The position numbers and the translations under genes were made by a program. Below are positions 1-10,065 of a stretch of DNA of 64,000 nucleotides, piece by piece (positions within the stretch are counted from its first letter, which is position 1; every line of letters begins with the position of its first letter). The notes beneath the pieces were generated by a model that worked only from the letters and a program-made list of their open reading frames with translations, had not been told where the DNA came from and ran no database searches. Source of the stretch: Thermodesulfobacteriota bacterium (lineage in GTDB: Bacteria; Desulfobacterota_D; UBA1144; Nemesobacterales; Mycalebacteriaceae); assembly GCA_965205855.1 (NCBI GenBank), contig OZ242184.1, positions 1,056,001 to 1,120,000 on the forward strand. Direction: 5' to 3'.

Positions 1-405
1 GACATCATTGCCGGTATGCGAGCGGGAAATCACGCGCCTTGTAATATCTATACACTCTTTTATTCTCGCAACGGGCTTGGAGTGAGGCTGGCCGTGCCAC
101 ATCTCATTTGTCCTCTGCGCACCGGAGCCAAGCCCCAGTATCAGCCTTCCGTTTGAAAGTTCATCTAAATCCATTGCGCTTATGGCGGTAATCAGCGGGC
201 TCCTGACAAACGCAAGCGCAACCGAGGTACCAATTTTTATTGTGGAAGTATGGGGAGCAATTGCCGCCAATTGCTGAAAAGCAGTTCTGTAAAGCTCGGT
301 CGCCCATACGGAATGAAAACCCGCGCTTTCGGCGAATTTGGAAATGTCCACTATTTTTTCAAGGGAATGAGAATCAACTATAAGTCCGAGCGGGGGGTGT
401 TTCAT
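1..405 (-). CDS. LLM-class (luciferase-like) flavin/F420-dependent oxidoreductase, N-terminal part; runs off the window edge
   Basis: Not in the ORF track. Manual translation from ATG at 405: MKHPPLGLIV...AESAGFHSVWATE...TSTIKIGTSVALAFVRSPLITAISAMDLDELSNGRLILGLGSG, typical LLM motifs. Confidence 0.85.
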   Translation of the reverse strand, partial: MKHPPLGLIVDSHSLEKIVDISKFAESAGFHSVWATELYRTAFQQLAAIAPHTSTIKIGTSVALAFVRSPLITAISAMDLDELSNGRLILGLGSGAQRTNEMWHGQPHSKPVARIKECIDITRRVISRSHTGNDV

Positions 406-435
406 TCTAAAAGGAAAACCGAAGGGAAAAAGAAC

Positions 436-1059
436 CTACTCGGTATCACCATCTTTTTTCCGTTCCTCCGCACCGGACTGCTGTTTGTTTTCTCCAGCGG
501 GAGTCTCTTTTGCGACAACGGAGTCTTTGGCTTCTATCTGTTCCGGCTTCTTTTCTTTTGTTTCCCCTTTGGCAGAAGCAGAAACGGAACTCGTCTCCAC
601 GGGTTTCTCTTCTTTTTTCAAAGGCGGCGCGGGCAGACTTGGCTTGCGCGGATTTTTCTTCTTGGATGAAGGGTTGTATTTTTCGGTTACAAGCTCTATG
701 CGGGAAATGGGCGTCTGGTCTCCTCTGCGAAAGCCGAGGCTTATAATCCTTGAGTATCCGCCGGGGCGCTGCTTATACCTCTCCGCAATCTCCGTGAACA
801 CCTTGCGCGCAATTTCTTTGTCTTTTAGATAACCGAAAATTTTTCTTTTGAAAGAAAGCCCGCCGTTTGAAGCGCCATCCTTGGCACCGTTTTTTGCGAG
901 GGTAACAATTTTGTCCGTGACACGCTTGAGCTCCTTGGCTTTCGCATCGGTGGTTTTAATGCTTTCATGCCTGAAAAGCTCCGTTGCCATATTACGCAAC
1001 ATTGCCTTTCTGTGCTTGGTTGTTACGCCAAGTTTTCTTCCCAATCTTCTGTTTCTCAT
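436..1059 (-). CDS. rplQ: 50S ribosomal protein L17 with a low-complexity C-terminal extension
   Basis: RKLG..HRKAMLRNMATELFRHESIKTT..KAKE and RPGGYSRI motifs; follows rpoA. Confidence 0.97.
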   Translation of the reverse strand: MRNRRLGRKLGVTTKHRKAMLRNMATELFRHESIKTTDAKAKELKRVTDKIVTLAKNGAKDGASNGGLSFKRKIFGYLKDKEIARKVFTEIAERYKQRPGGYSRIISLGFRRGDQTPISRIELVTEKYNPSSKKKNPRKPSLPAPPLKKEEKPVETSSVSASAKGETKEKKPEQIEAKDSVVAKETPAGENKQQSGAEERKKDGDTE

Positions 1060-1086
1060 CGCATAATCTTCCCAAAGCGCAAAAGT

Positions 1087-2118
1087 CTATGACTTTGACT
1101 TGTTCCGGCTTTCTTTTACTCTTTCATAAATCTCCTGATTTATCTTCATATCAAGAGACATCGGCGGCGAAAGACTCTTCAGCCTTTCGTGCACATCTTC
1201 AAGCGAACTTTTCCCAAAGCTGGGGAGGTTGAGCAATTCACTCTCACTCTTCTGAATCAAATCTCCAACATATTCAATATTTGCACTGGTAAAGCAGTTC
1301 AAAGATCTGACGGAGAAATCCACTTCATCAAGAGGGGTAAAGAGAAATTCCTCATCGCCCTTAATTGCGTAATCGTCCTCACTCTCCTGCAGATCAAGCT
1401 CCTGCTCGTTAAAGTTGATAAACCCTTTGAGCTGGTGGGTAATTATCTTTGCCGTATAAGCTAGCGCATCCTCCGGGGGCAGAGAACCATCAGTCCACAC
1501 TTCAATCAAAAGGTTTTCATAGTCGGTTCTTCTGCCCACGCGTGCATTTTCAACAACGTAATTTACTTTTGTAACCGGAGAGAAAAAGGCATCAATCGGA
1601 AGATACCCCTCCCCCATTGAACGCAGGTTTTCCCTTTCTTCCACAGGCTGGTAGCCTCTGCCAGTTTCAATAACCAGACTCATTTCAAGATTTGTTTCAT
1701 CAGATACAGTCGCTATGAAATGCTCGCCGTTAAGCACCTCTACCTTGTTCGTTGATTTAATATCAGAGGCTCTGACTTCTCCGGGACCCTGGAAAGACAG
1801 CTCCACAATCTGAGCTTCGTTTGTATGAGTTTTGAAATTGACCCCTTTGAGATTGATAAGAATTTCGGCCACATCTTCAACAACCCCGGTAATGGAGGAA
1901 AATTCATGAAGAATGCCTTCTATTTTGACTGCGGTAATTGAAGAGCCTTGCAGTGAGGAAAGAAGAACTCTCCTGAGAGAGTTGCCAACCGTAACTCCGT
2001 AACCTCTCTCAAGCGGCTCAAAACTGAACTTCCCGTAAAAAGGTGTTGCAGTTTTGTCTTTTCTGACCACTTTTTTGGGTCTGACCAGCGATGTCCAATT
2101 ATTCTGAAAATTTTTCAA
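1087..2118 (-). CDS. rpoA: RNA polymerase alpha subunit
   Basis: EPLERGYGVTVGNSLRRVLLSS motif and alpha-CTD. Start moved to TTG at 2118, which follows a GGAGG RBS. Confidence 0.98.
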   Translation of the reverse strand: MKNFQNNWTSLVRPKKVVRKDKTATPFYGKFSFEPLERGYGVTVGNSLRRVLLSSLQGSSITAVKIEGILHEFSSITGVVEDVAEILINLKGVNFKTHTNEAQIVELSFQGPGEVRASDIKSTNKVEVLNGEHFIATVSDETNLEMSLVIETGRGYQPVEERENLRSMGEGYLPIDAFFSPVTKVNYVVENARVGRRTDYENLLIEVWTDGSLPPEDALAYTAKIITHQLKGFINFNEQELDLQESEDDYAIKGDEEFLFTPLDEVDFSVRSLNCFTSANIEYVGDLIQKSESELLNLPSFGKSSLEDVHERLKSLSPPMSLDMKINQEIYERVKESRNKSKS

Positions 2119-2158
2119 ATCCGTCCTCCGATTAAAAATTGCCGGGCATATTAGATGC

Positions 2159-2791
2159 CTATACCCTTGAGTAAAATTCAACAATCAAGTTTTCGCTAAT
2201 GGGAACTTGAACTTCTTCCCTTTCGGGAGACCTGCTCACGGTTCCCTTATATTTTTCCCTGTCCAAATTCAACCAGCCGGGAATGCCCTTTTTTTCAGAC
2301 AAACCCAGAGAGCGGTTTATGCTCGGCATTTTTCTACTCTGCTCCCGAACTTCAACAACACTTGAGGGGCTCACTCTGTAAGACGGTATGTCCACACGTC
2401 TGCTGTCAACGATTATGTGACCCAAATTCACGAGTTGGCGCGCCTCACTGCGAGACGAGGCAAATCCAAGCCTGAATATCACATTGTCAAGCCTTGTTTC
2501 AATAAGTGAAAGTAAAAGCGAACCGGTTACACCCTTTGTGCCAGCCGCTTCTTTGAAATATATCTTGAACTGACGCTCGGTCATTCCGTAAATTCTTTTG
2601 GCTTTCTGTTTCTCCCTGAGCCTTAATCCGTATTCTGTAACCCTTCTCCGTATCCTTTTCCCTTGCATACCGGGAGGATAGGGCTTCCTTTCAATGGCAC
2701 ATTTGCTTGTCATGCACCTTTCGCTCTTGAGAAATAGCTTTTCTCCTTCTCTTCTGCACAATTTGCAAACTGGACCCGTGTATCTGGCCAT
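2159..2791 (-). CDS. rpsD: 30S ribosomal protein S4 (Zn-binding Cys type)
   Basis: MARYTGPVCKLCRREG...LREKQK...RLDNVIFRLG. Confidence 0.98.
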   Translation of the reverse strand: MARYTGPVCKLCRREGEKLFLKSERCMTSKCAIERKPYPPGMQGKRIRRRVTEYGLRLREKQKAKRIYGMTERQFKIYFKEAAGTKGVTGSLLLSLIETRLDNVIFRLGFASSRSEARQLVNLGHIIVDSRRVDIPSYRVSPSSVVEVREQSRKMPSINRSLGLSEKKGIPGWLNLDREKYKGTVSRSPEREEVQVPISENLIVEFYSRV

Positions 2792-2812
2792 TTTAAACTC
2801 TCCCTGTATCTC

Positions 2813-3196
2813 CTAAACTCTTCTCTTTCCCGGAGGCCTGCATCCGTTATGCGGGATTGGCGTCACATCTCTTATCGACGCGACCCTAAGCCCTGTGGCT
2901 TGAATGGACCTTATTGCCGACTCTCTTCCGGGACCAGGACCCTTAACATACACCCGCACGGCTTTCATACCCGAACTGAGAGCTTTTTTGGCGACATCCT
3001 CTGCCGCCACCTGAGCGGCAAACGGAGTTCCCTTCCGTGTACCCTTAAACCCTCTTGCTCCTCCGCTTGACCATGCAATTACGTCTCCTTGAGGGTCGGC
3101 TATCGTAATAATTGTGTTGCTGAAGGTGGCGTGTATACTGACCAATCCCTCCTCAACAGACCTTTTTATCTTTCTTTTTGTTCCTTTCGTTGCCAT
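2813..3196 (-). CDS. rpsK: 30S ribosomal protein S11
   Basis: [14 protein letters not shown] and [13 protein letters not shown] motifs. Confidence 0.98.
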   Translation of the reverse strand: MATKGTKRKIKRSVEEGLVSIHATFSNTIITIADPQGDVIAWSSGGARGFKGTRKGTPFAAQVAAEDVAKKALSSGMKAVRVYVKGPGPGRESAIRSIQATGLRVASIRDVTPIPHNGCRPPGKRRV

Positions 3197-3214
3197 CAAC
3201 TTCCCCTTGTCGTA

Positions 3215-3598
3215 CTATTTCTTGCCCGCCTTTTTCTTTTTCGCTATCGCGGTTCCGCGAGGTCCCTTTCTTGTTCTGGCATTTGCCTTTGTCTTCTGCC
3301 CGCGCACGGGAAGTCCATTACGGTGTCTTATTCCCCTGTAGCAACCAATTTCAACCAGACGCTTGATATTCATCTGGATATCTTTGCGCAAATCTCCCTC
3401 AACAACGAGGTTCTTTTCTATAAACAACCTTATGTCCGCAACTTCTTTATCATTCAGTTCTTTGGACCTCTTTTTTGGGTCTATTTTCAAAGAACCTACT
3501 ATGTTGCAAGCGGTTGTTCTGCCTATCCCGTATATGTAGGTCAGGGCAAACTCCACTCTCTTTTCCAAAGGAATATCCACACCAGCTATTCTTGGCAT
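3215..3598 (-). CDS. rpsM: 30S ribosomal protein S13
   Basis: [10 protein letters not shown]...YIYGIG...[22 protein letters not shown]. Confidence 0.98.
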   Translation of the reverse strand: MPRIAGVDIPLEKRVEFALTYIYGIGRTTACNIVGSLKIDPKKRSKELNDKEVADIRLFIEKNLVVEGDLRKDIQMNIKRLVEIGCYRGIRHRNGLPVRGQKTKANARTRKGPRGTAIAKKKKAGKK

Positions 3599-3607
3599 AT
3601 TCTTTTC

Positions 3608-3721
3608 CTACCCCTGCCTCTGCTTGCAACGTTTATTGACACAGATAACTCTCACGACTCCTCTGCGCTTTATAATCCTGCACTTGTTGCAAATTTTTTT
3701 TACCGACGATCTTACCTTCAA
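3608..3721 (-). CDS. rpmJ: 50S ribosomal protein L36
   Basis: Below the ORF-track length cutoff. TTG start; translates [37 protein letters not shown]; lies between infA and rpsM. Confidence 0.97.
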   Translation of the reverse strand: MKVRSSVKKICNKCRIIKRRGVVRVICVNKRCKQRQG

Positions 3722-3960
3722 CTTACCCTCTCCGTTCTCACCCTGTACGTAATCCTGCCTCTCGACAAGTCATACGGAGAAATCTGAATTTTCACTTTGT
3801 CTCCGGGGACAATTCTCACAAACCTTGAACGAGCTCTCCTCATTTTCCCAGAAACATATGCCAAAACTCTGGACCCGTTCTTCATTTCAACCCTGAACAT
3901 AGCATTGGGCAAAGCCTCAACAACCGTTCCCTCAAATTCAACTGCATCGCCTTTTGACAT
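3718..3960 (-). CDS. infA: Translation initiation factor IF-1
   Basis: [15 protein letters not shown]...SGKMR...[13 protein letters not shown]. Confidence 0.97.
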   Translation of the reverse strand: MSKGDAVEFEGTVVEALPNAMFRVEMKNGSRVLAYVSGKMRRARSRFVRIVPGDKVKIQISPYDLSRGRITYRVRTERVS

Positions 3961-3984
3961 TAATTCTCTCTTTTTTTCAACCGC

Positions 3985-4746
3985 TCAATTCAAACTTGTG
4001 AGCACTTCGGGACCATTCTCGGTTATTGCCACCGTATGCTCAAAATGAGCGGACAGTTTACCATCACTTGTCACAACAGTCCAATTATCCGGCAAAGTTT
4101 TTATATCAGCCACACCCTCATTGACCATCGGTTCTATTGCCAAAGCCATGCCCGGACGCAGGATTGGACCTCCCCCCGCGCCTTGCGGAGGAACAAAATT
4201 AGGCACTTGAGGCTCCTCGTGCAGTTTTTCCCCTATGCCATGTCCCACAAAAGCTCTGACGACTGAAAAACCCCTTTTTTCAACATATGTCTGTATTGCC
4301 TCTGATATTTCATAAAGCCGCATTGAAGAATACGCCTTTCGAATGCCTGTCTCAAGAGCATTTCTTGCGGTTTCAAGAAGTCTCTCCGCCTGTGGCGTAA
4401 TACGACCTATCGGAACGGTTATCGCGGAATCTCCGTAAAAACCCCCCATGAAAGCCCCGAAATCCATCCCCACAATGTCGCCTTCCCGAAGAATTCTGTC
4501 TTTTGACGGAATGCCGTGAACAATCTCATCGTTGACCGCAACGCAGAGCGAACACGGGAAATTCATATATCCTTTAAAAGCGGGTCTTGCCGAACGTTTT
4601 GCCGCAATCTCCTCGGCAATACGGTTCAACTCCCATGTGGAAATACCCTCGCAAGCGGTTTGACTGAGTTTTTCAAGAACCTCGGAAACAACCGAAGCGG
4701 CGGCCTTCATACCTTCCACTTTTTTCTTTACTTCAACAGCTGTCAT
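3985..4746 (-). CDS. map: Methionine aminopeptidase type I
   Basis: VHGIP, GFYGDSA, GHGIG..LHEEP, AIEPM and SAHFEHT metal-ligand motifs. Confidence 0.97.
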   Translation of the reverse strand: MTAVEVKKKVEGMKAAASVVSEVLEKLSQTACEGISTWELNRIAEEIAAKRSARPAFKGYMNFPCSLCVAVNDEIVHGIPSKDRILREGDIVGMDFGAFMGGFYGDSAITVPIGRITPQAERLLETARNALETGIRKAYSSMRLYEISEAIQTYVEKRGFSVVRAFVGHGIGEKLHEEPQVPNFVPPQGAGGGPILRPGMALAIEPMVNEGVADIKTLPDNWTVVTSDGKLSAHFEHTVAITENGPEVLTSLN

Positions 4747-4750
4747 TTTT

Positions 4751-5314
4751 CTAAATCTCCGAAACCGTCGTATTGATTCTCTCCTTTACATCATCAACTT
4801 TGCCAGTTCCGTCTATATTATGCAAAACACCCCTTGAATTGTAATAATCGGCGAGAGGAAGCGTCTGCTTGCGGTAAACTTCAAGCCTGTTGCGTATAAC
4901 ACCCTCATTATCGTCATCACGCCCTTCTATATCCGCCCTCTTCAAAAGTCTCTTGACCAATTCGTCTTCATTCACTTCAAGTGATAAAACGGCGTCTATG
5001 AAAATTTGCTGGTTTTCAAGCATATCATTAAGGGCGCGTGCCTGTTCTACTGTTCTTGGAAAGCCGTCCAGAAGAAATCCCTTTCCGTCCAATTCCCTGA
5101 TTTTCTCCCTGATAATATTAACCACGACTTCATCCGGAACAAGGTCTCCCTTGTCCATGTAACTTTTTGCCATCATTCCGGTTTCTGTTTTTCTTCTCAC
5201 CGCGTCCCGAAGCAAATTGCCCGTGGAAATGTGCTCTGTACCATGAAAGTTGACTATAAAATCGGCTTGCGTTCCTTTACCCGCGCCCGGAGGTCCGAAT
5301 ATTATCAAGTTCAT
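4751..5314 (-). CDS. adk: Adenylate kinase (short form without the long LID)
   Basis: GPPGAGKGTQA and LLDGFPRT motifs; R..GR.DD short lid. Confidence 0.97.
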   Translation of the reverse strand: MNLIIFGPPGAGKGTQADFIVNFHGTEHISTGNLLRDAVRRKTETGMMAKSYMDKGDLVPDEVVVNIIREKIRELDGKGFLLDGFPRTVEQARALNDMLENQQIFIDAVLSLEVNEDELVKRLLKRADIEGRDDDNEGVIRNRLEVYRKQTLPLADYYNSRGVLHNIDGTGKVDDVKERINTTVSEI

Positions 5315-5339
5315 ATTTTCTCCCAGAAATTGTTGGAAA

Positions 5340-6659
5340 TTAAAAACGTCTCCTGCGCCGCGTACTCTGGTTTTTTCCGCGCCTCACACCCGCAGTTGAA
5401 AATGACTCGTAGTTACGTGTTATCACGAAAGACTGAACACGCTGCATAAAATCAAGAGTTACCCCTATAATAATAAGAAGTGAAGTCCCCCCGAAATAAA
5501 AGGGCAGGTTGAAAGGGTCTCTCTGAAGAAAACTCGGAAGAACACACACTGCAACAAGATATATTGAGCCTATAAGGGTTATTCTGTTCAAAATTGATCC
5601 TATGTATTCGGTGGTTTTCTGTCCGGGTCTTATACCGGGAATATTTGCTCCATTGTTTTTAATATTGTCCGCAAGATCCGCGGGGTCATAGACAATTCCT
5701 GTGTAGAAAAAAGAGAAAAACACAATAAGCGCCGCAAACGCGATGTTATAGATAAAGGGATTCTGAAGCACCTGCTCGGAAACCGTTCTGATAAAAGGCG
5801 TGTCCGTAACCGCAAGTATTGTCGCCGGGAATATAAGCAAAGAAGACGCAAATATTGGAGGAATAACTCCCGAAGGGTTTATCTTCAGCGGGAGATGCGT
5901 GGCCTGCCCTTCCATTATTTTTCTTCCCACAACCTTCCGGGGATGCTGAATTGGGATTTTTCTGGAAGCAGTTTCAACATAAACTATCACTCCCATTATA
6001 AAAACGAGAAGAGCTAATATCAGAAGCATACCGAACAAGGTTATGTCTCCAGCCTTCACAATCCTTGCCATATTCCACAAGGCACCCGGAATTCCGGCAA
6101 GAATGGACATGGTAATTATCAGGGAAACTCCATTTCCAATGCCCTTTTCCGATATCTGCTCTCCCAACCACATAACAAGCATTGAACCGGAAGTAAGGGT
6201 AAGAATAGTACTCAGTCGAAACCCCAGCCCCGGTGTTTCGGAGGCTCCGGCTTCAAGAGCAAGGGTCAGCACGGTCGCCTGAATCACAGATATGGGAACA
6301 GTGCCGTAACGCGAGTATTGATTTATCTTTCTTCTTCCGGCCTGACCCTCTTCCTTCTGCAAAGCCTCAAGCGAAGGAACAGCCTTCACCATAAGGGACA
6401 TAAGAATTGAAGCTGTAATGTAGGGAATTACTCCGAGGGCAAAAATAGAAGCCTGTTCAAGGGCACCGCCAGAAAAAATGTTGAATATGTCAAATACGGT
6501 TCCACTCGTCCTCTCAAACAGTTTCTGAACCTGATCCGGAGATATTCCGGGAACGGGAATGAAAACTCCCAGTCTGTAAACAAGCAGTATGAAAAGTGTA
6601 AAAAGCAGTCTTCTATTCAGTTCGGGAATACGGGGAATGCCCGAAGAAGGAGCACTCAT
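5340..6659 (-). CDS. secY: Preprotein translocase subunit SecY
   Basis: SIFALGVIPYITASI, GIGNGVSLII, IPGIRPG and GGTSLLI motifs. Confidence 0.98.
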   Translation of the reverse strand: MSAPSSGIPRIPELNRRLLFTLFILLVYRLGVFIPVPGISPDQVQKLFERTSGTVFDIFNIFSGGALEQASIFALGVIPYITASILMSLMVKAVPSLEALQKEEGQAGRRKINQYSRYGTVPISVIQATVLTLALEAGASETPGLGFRLSTILTLTSGSMLVMWLGEQISEKGIGNGVSLIITMSILAGIPGALWNMARIVKAGDITLFGMLLILALLVFIMGVIVYVETASRKIPIQHPRKVVGRKIMEGQATHLPLKINPSGVIPPIFASSLLIFPATILAVTDTPFIRTVSEQVLQNPFIYNIAFAALIVFFSFFYTGIVYDPADLADNIKNNGANIPGIRPGQKTTEYIGSILNRITLIGSIYLVAVCVLPSFLQRDPFNLPFYFGGTSLLIIIGVTLDFMQRVQSFVITRNYESFSTAGVRRGKNQSTRRRRRF

Positions 6660-7087
6660 ACAATCTCCACCTTACCGCCCGAGCGTTCTATTTTTTCCCT
6701 TGAAGACACACTTGCGGCATTAACCTTTAGAGTCAGTTTCTTGTCAATATCTCCGTTTCCGAGAAGCTTGACTGGGCGTTTGCCACTTATAAGGTTTTCT
6801 CGGACAAAGGCATCCGCATCCACGGTTGCCCCATCTTCAAAGCGTTCAAGCGTTTTGAGATTGATGATATCGTAGCAGGTTTTGAACCTGTTTTTGAATC
6901 CTCTTTTGGGAATCCTCATTTTGAGGGGGGTCTGCCCACCCTCAAACCATATGGAAACACCTTTCCCGGCTCTGGAGCCCTGCCCATTCTGTCCGCGTCC
7001 GGATGTTTTTCCTTTTGAACCGGGGCCTCTTCCCACTCTCTGGCGGGACTTTGCTGAACCAGCGGGTTTCGGCAATCTGTCAAGCAT
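6656..7087 (-). CDS. rplO: 50S ribosomal protein L15
   Basis: RVGRGPGSKGKTSGRG and FEGGQTPL motifs. Confidence 0.97.
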   Translation of the reverse strand: MLDRLPKPAGSAKSRQRVGRGPGSKGKTSGRGQNGQGSRAGKGVSIWFEGGQTPLKMRIPKRGFKNRFKTCYDIINLKTLERFEDGATVDADAFVRENLISGKRPVKLLGNGDIDKKLTLKVNAASVSSREKIERSGGKVEIV

Positions 7088-7098
7088 TTAATAAAACC

Positions 7099-7629
7099 TC
7101 AAATTTTGTAGTATGGAGGAAGGTCCAAATCCGACACTTCTCTTTCCCGAAACAGGGCGACCTGTTCGGGAAGCGCCAGCTGTGAAAGGGCTTGTATAAC
7201 CGCCGCCACAACATTAACCGGATTTCTTGAACCAACAACCTTGGTAAGAATATCGTGAATACCAGCAAGGTCGGCGACCGCGCGCACGGCCCCGCCCGCG
7301 ATAACTCCCGTTCCCGGAGCGGCGGGCAGAAGCATAACGCGGCTTGATGAACTCTCAAATGAAACTTCATGCGGTATCGTTGAGCCACGCAAGGCAATCT
7401 TTATAAGATTTTTTCTGGCCTTGTCCGTTCCTTTCTTTATGGCGCTTGGCACTTCGTTTGACTTGCCCAGCCCGTAGCCGACCACGCCGCTTCCATTACC
7501 CACAATTGTCATTGCGGTGAAATGAAAACGCTTTCCGCCCTTTGTAACCTTTGAGACACGCCTTATGTCCACGACTTTCTCTTCAAGATCAAGCCCGGAA
7601 GGGTCCACAAATGAGGACTTCAACACCAA
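7099..7629 (-). CDS. rpsE: 30S ribosomal protein S5 (start approximate, TTG/GTG)
   Basis: RVSKVTKGGKRF and PAAPGTGVIAGG motifs. The ORF-track start at 7683 overlaps rplR and is unlikely. Confidence 0.96.
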   Translation of the reverse strand: MVLKSSFVDPSGLDLEEKVVDIRRVSKVTKGGKRFHFTAMTIVGNGSGVVGYGLGKSNEVPSAIKKGTDKARKNLIKIALRGSTIPHEVSFESSSSRVMLLPAAPGTGVIAGGAVRAVADLAGIHDILTKVVGSRNPVNVVAAVIQALSQLALPEQVALFREREVSDLDLPPYYKI

Positions 7630-7645
7630 ACCACCGTTATCACTG

Positions 7646-8011
7646 TTAGAATTCAAGACCTTTCTCCCTAAGACCGTCGGCAAGAGATCTCACCCTTCCG
7701 TGAAAAGGGTAACCTCCCCTGTCAAAAGCCACTTTTTTCAGACCGCCGGCAACTGATATCTGTCCGAGGTATTCTCCCACGGCCTTTGCCTGCTCCACTT
7801 TTGAAACTTTCTCCCCGATGCTTTTTCTCACCTCAGGTGTCAGGGAAGATGCGGCAAAAATTGTGGTCCCCGCTTTATCGTTCACCACCTGAGCATAAAT
7901 GTGTCTTGCGGATTTAAAAACACACAGTCTGGGAATATCCGCAGTTCCAGATATTTTTTTTCTTATCCTTCTGTGTCTACTGTTTCTCAGAGTTTTTCTA
8001 TCCTTGATCAT
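7646..8011 (-). CDS. rplR: 50S ribosomal protein L18
   Basis: PRLCVFKSARHIYAQ and FDRGGYPFHGRV motifs. Confidence 0.97.
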   Translation of the reverse strand: MIKDRKTLRNSRHRRIRKKISGTADIPRLCVFKSARHIYAQVVNDKAGTTIFAASSLTPEVRKSIGEKVSKVEQAKAVGEYLGQISVAGGLKKVAFDRGGYPFHGRVRSLADGLREKGLEF

Positions 8012-8559
8012 TTCTTCGCACCCGACTTGCCCGGTTTGAGTTTTATGTCTTCGTCCGCAAACCTCACGCCTTTGCCTTTATATGAATCCGGCTGACGAAG
8101 TCTTCTTATCCTTGCCGCAACCTCGCCCACAACCTGTTTGTCAATCCCCTCAAGGGTAAGTTTTGTTCCACGGCTTTCAACTTTGGCGGCAACTCCTTCG
8201 GGAATGGAAAAATTAATGTGGTGGGAATAACCAAGAGACATTTTCAACCCGTTTTTTCCGGAAAGCTCGGCTTTATATCCCGTTCCTTTTATTTCAAGCA
8301 TTCTGGCAAACCCATCGGTAACACCCTGAACGGAGTTCGCTATAAGCATCCTCACAAGACCATGAGATGCTTTCACCCCTTTTGCGCCGCCATCTTCTAT
8401 CTTTACATTAACAACTCCGTCCCCTATCTCTATACGCACCCCGTTGGGAATCGTTACGGGAAGTTCACCCTTGGGGCCTTTGATGCTTAGCAGATTGCCC
8501 GAAAGATTAACATCAACTTTTTCTGGCAAACGCACGGGTTTGTTTCCTATTCTTGACAT
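8008..8559 (-). CDS. rplF: 50S ribosomal protein L6
   Basis: MSRIGNKPV...LGYSH...PDSYKGKGVR. Confidence 0.97.
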   Translation of the reverse strand: MSRIGNKPVRLPEKVDVNLSGNLLSIKGPKGELPVTIPNGVRIEIGDGVVNVKIEDGGAKGVKASHGLVRMLIANSVQGVTDGFARMLEIKGTGYKAELSGKNGLKMSLGYSHHINFSIPEGVAAKVESRGTKLTLEGIDKQVVGEVAARIRRLRQPDSYKGKGVRFADEDIKLKPGKSGAKK

Positions 8560-8567
8560 ATTACCAC

Positions 8568-8960
8568 TCACACCACAGTGCAGATAACCTCTCCGCCTAT
8601 GCCCATGTTTCTTGCACTGCGTCCGGTCATTACACCTTTTGAGGTTGAGAGTATAGCCGTTCCGATTCCCGTAACAACACGGGGAATCGCATTCCTACCC
8701 ACATATACCCTCCCGCTGGGCTTGCTCATCCTTTCAAATTTTTTGATTCCGGGAATGCCTTCGGGTGAATATTTTAGTTTGACTGCAATCTTCTTTTCCA
8801 CTCCCTCGCCGGAAATCTCAAAATCCAGAATATATCCCTCTTCCTTCAAGATTTTTAATATCTCGTATTTAATATTGGAATGGGGAATTGCCGCTTTTTG
8901 ATGCCCAGCCATAAGGGCATTTCTTATTCTCGCAAGCATATCGGCTATTGGATCAGTCAT
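8568..8960 (-). CDS. rpsH: 30S ribosomal protein S8
   Basis: MTDPIADMLARIRNA...STSKGVMT...GGEV. Confidence 0.98.
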   Translation of the reverse strand: MTDPIADMLARIRNALMAGHQKAAIPHSNIKYEILKILKEEGYILDFEISGEGVEKKIAVKLKYSPEGIPGIKKFERMSKPSGRVYVGRNAIPRVVTGIGTAILSTSKGVMTGRSARNMGIGGEVICTVV

Positions 8961-8981
8961 TTTTCCTCCGTTTCGACAAAG

Positions 8982-9167
8982 CTAGAAACTTGCTTTTCTC
9001 ACTCCCATAATTTCACCGCGGCTTGCAAGCTCTCTAAAGCACAGCCTGCATATGCCGAACTGTCTTATAAACGCCCTCGGTCTCCCGCACAGGGAACAAC
9101 GGTTCATTTTTCTGACTTTGTATTTCTGTTTTTTCGTTGATTTTTCCCAAAGCGCTTTTCTGGCCAT
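8982..9167 (-). CDS. rpsN: 30S ribosomal protein S14, short Zn-binding type
   Basis: 61 aa; RCSLCGRPR...CRLCFRE. Confidence 0.97.
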   Translation of the reverse strand: MARKALWEKSTKKQKYKVRKMNRCSLCGRPRAFIRQFGICRLCFRELASRGEIMGVRKASF

Positions 9168-9736
9168 TATTTTACCTCCGCGGAAAAAGGCATACCCAAC
9201 TCTTCAAGAAGTACTTTTGCTTCCTCGTTGGTATCTGAAGTTGTTACAAATGTTATGTTGAGTCCCTTCACTTTCGAAACCTTGCTGTAATCAATTTCGG
9301 GAAATATAATGTGCTCTCTCACGCCCAGAGTATAGTTACCTTTGCCGTCAAAAGAATTTGCTTTCACACCTCTGAAATCTCTTACTCTCGGTAGCGTAAG
9401 ATTCACCAGACGATCAAAAAATTCATACATTCTGGTTCCTCTGAGAGTAACGGCGCAACCTATCGGCAACCCTTCGCGAAGTTTGAATCCGGCTATTGAT
9501 TTCTTGGACTTTGTTATCGCAGGCCTCTGACCCGCGATGAGGGCAAGTTCGAAAACCGCCTCGTCCACCACCGCCTTGTTACGGCCCGCCTCACTGAGAC
9601 GTCCAAGCCCCATGTTTAACACTATGCGCTCAAGACGCGGAACCATCATTGGATTGGAATAGGATTTCCTTTCCATGATACGGGGAATCACCTGCTCATT
9701 GTAAATTCTCTTCATTCTGGGCTCAACACCGTTCAT
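9167..9736 (-). CDS. rplE: 50S ribosomal protein L5
   Basis: [10 protein letters not shown] and LPRVRDFRG motifs. Confidence 0.98.
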   Translation of the reverse strand: MNGVEPRMKRIYNEQVIPRIMERKSYSNPMMVPRLERIVLNMGLGRLSEAGRNKAVVDEAVFELALIAGQRPAITKSKKSIAGFKLREGLPIGCAVTLRGTRMYEFFDRLVNLTLPRVRDFRGVKANSFDGKGNYTLGVREHIIFPEIDYSKVSKVKGLNITFVTTSDTNEEAKVLLEELGMPFSAEVK

Positions 9737-10065
9737 TATATCTTTTTCCCGGTTTTGCGATTCACGCGGATTTTCTTTCCCTTATCATCTGTCTTATATC
9801 CCACCTTTACCGGAGAAGACTCTTTAGAGTCAAAAAGCATAAGGTTTGACATATGAAGGCTCGCTTCTTTGTCTATTATTCCGCCAGAGGGATTTTTCTG
9901 GTTCGGGCGTATGTTGCGTTTTACCATGTTTAGTTTCTGCACAATAGCTCTCTTCTTGTCCGTGAAAATCTCCGAGATGGTTCCCGTTTTCCCCTTTTCC
10001 CGACCGGAGAGAACAATAACCTCATCGCCTTTTTTGATATTGAACTTGAATTTCCGCACCGTCAA
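9736..10065 (-). CDS. rplX: 50S ribosomal protein L24
   Basis: [22 protein letters not shown] motif. Confidence 0.97.
   Translation of the reverse strand: MTVRKFKFNIKKGDEVIVLSGREKGKTGTISEIFTDKKRAIVQKLNMVKRNIRPNQKNPSGGIIDKEASLHMSNLMLFDSKESSPVKVGYKTDDKGKKIRVNRKTGKKI

Noticed and set aside
3718-3960. Three-residue Arg-rich insertion in IF-1 ([11 protein letters not shown])
   Set aside because: Real but minor loop variation; no functional claim can be supported.
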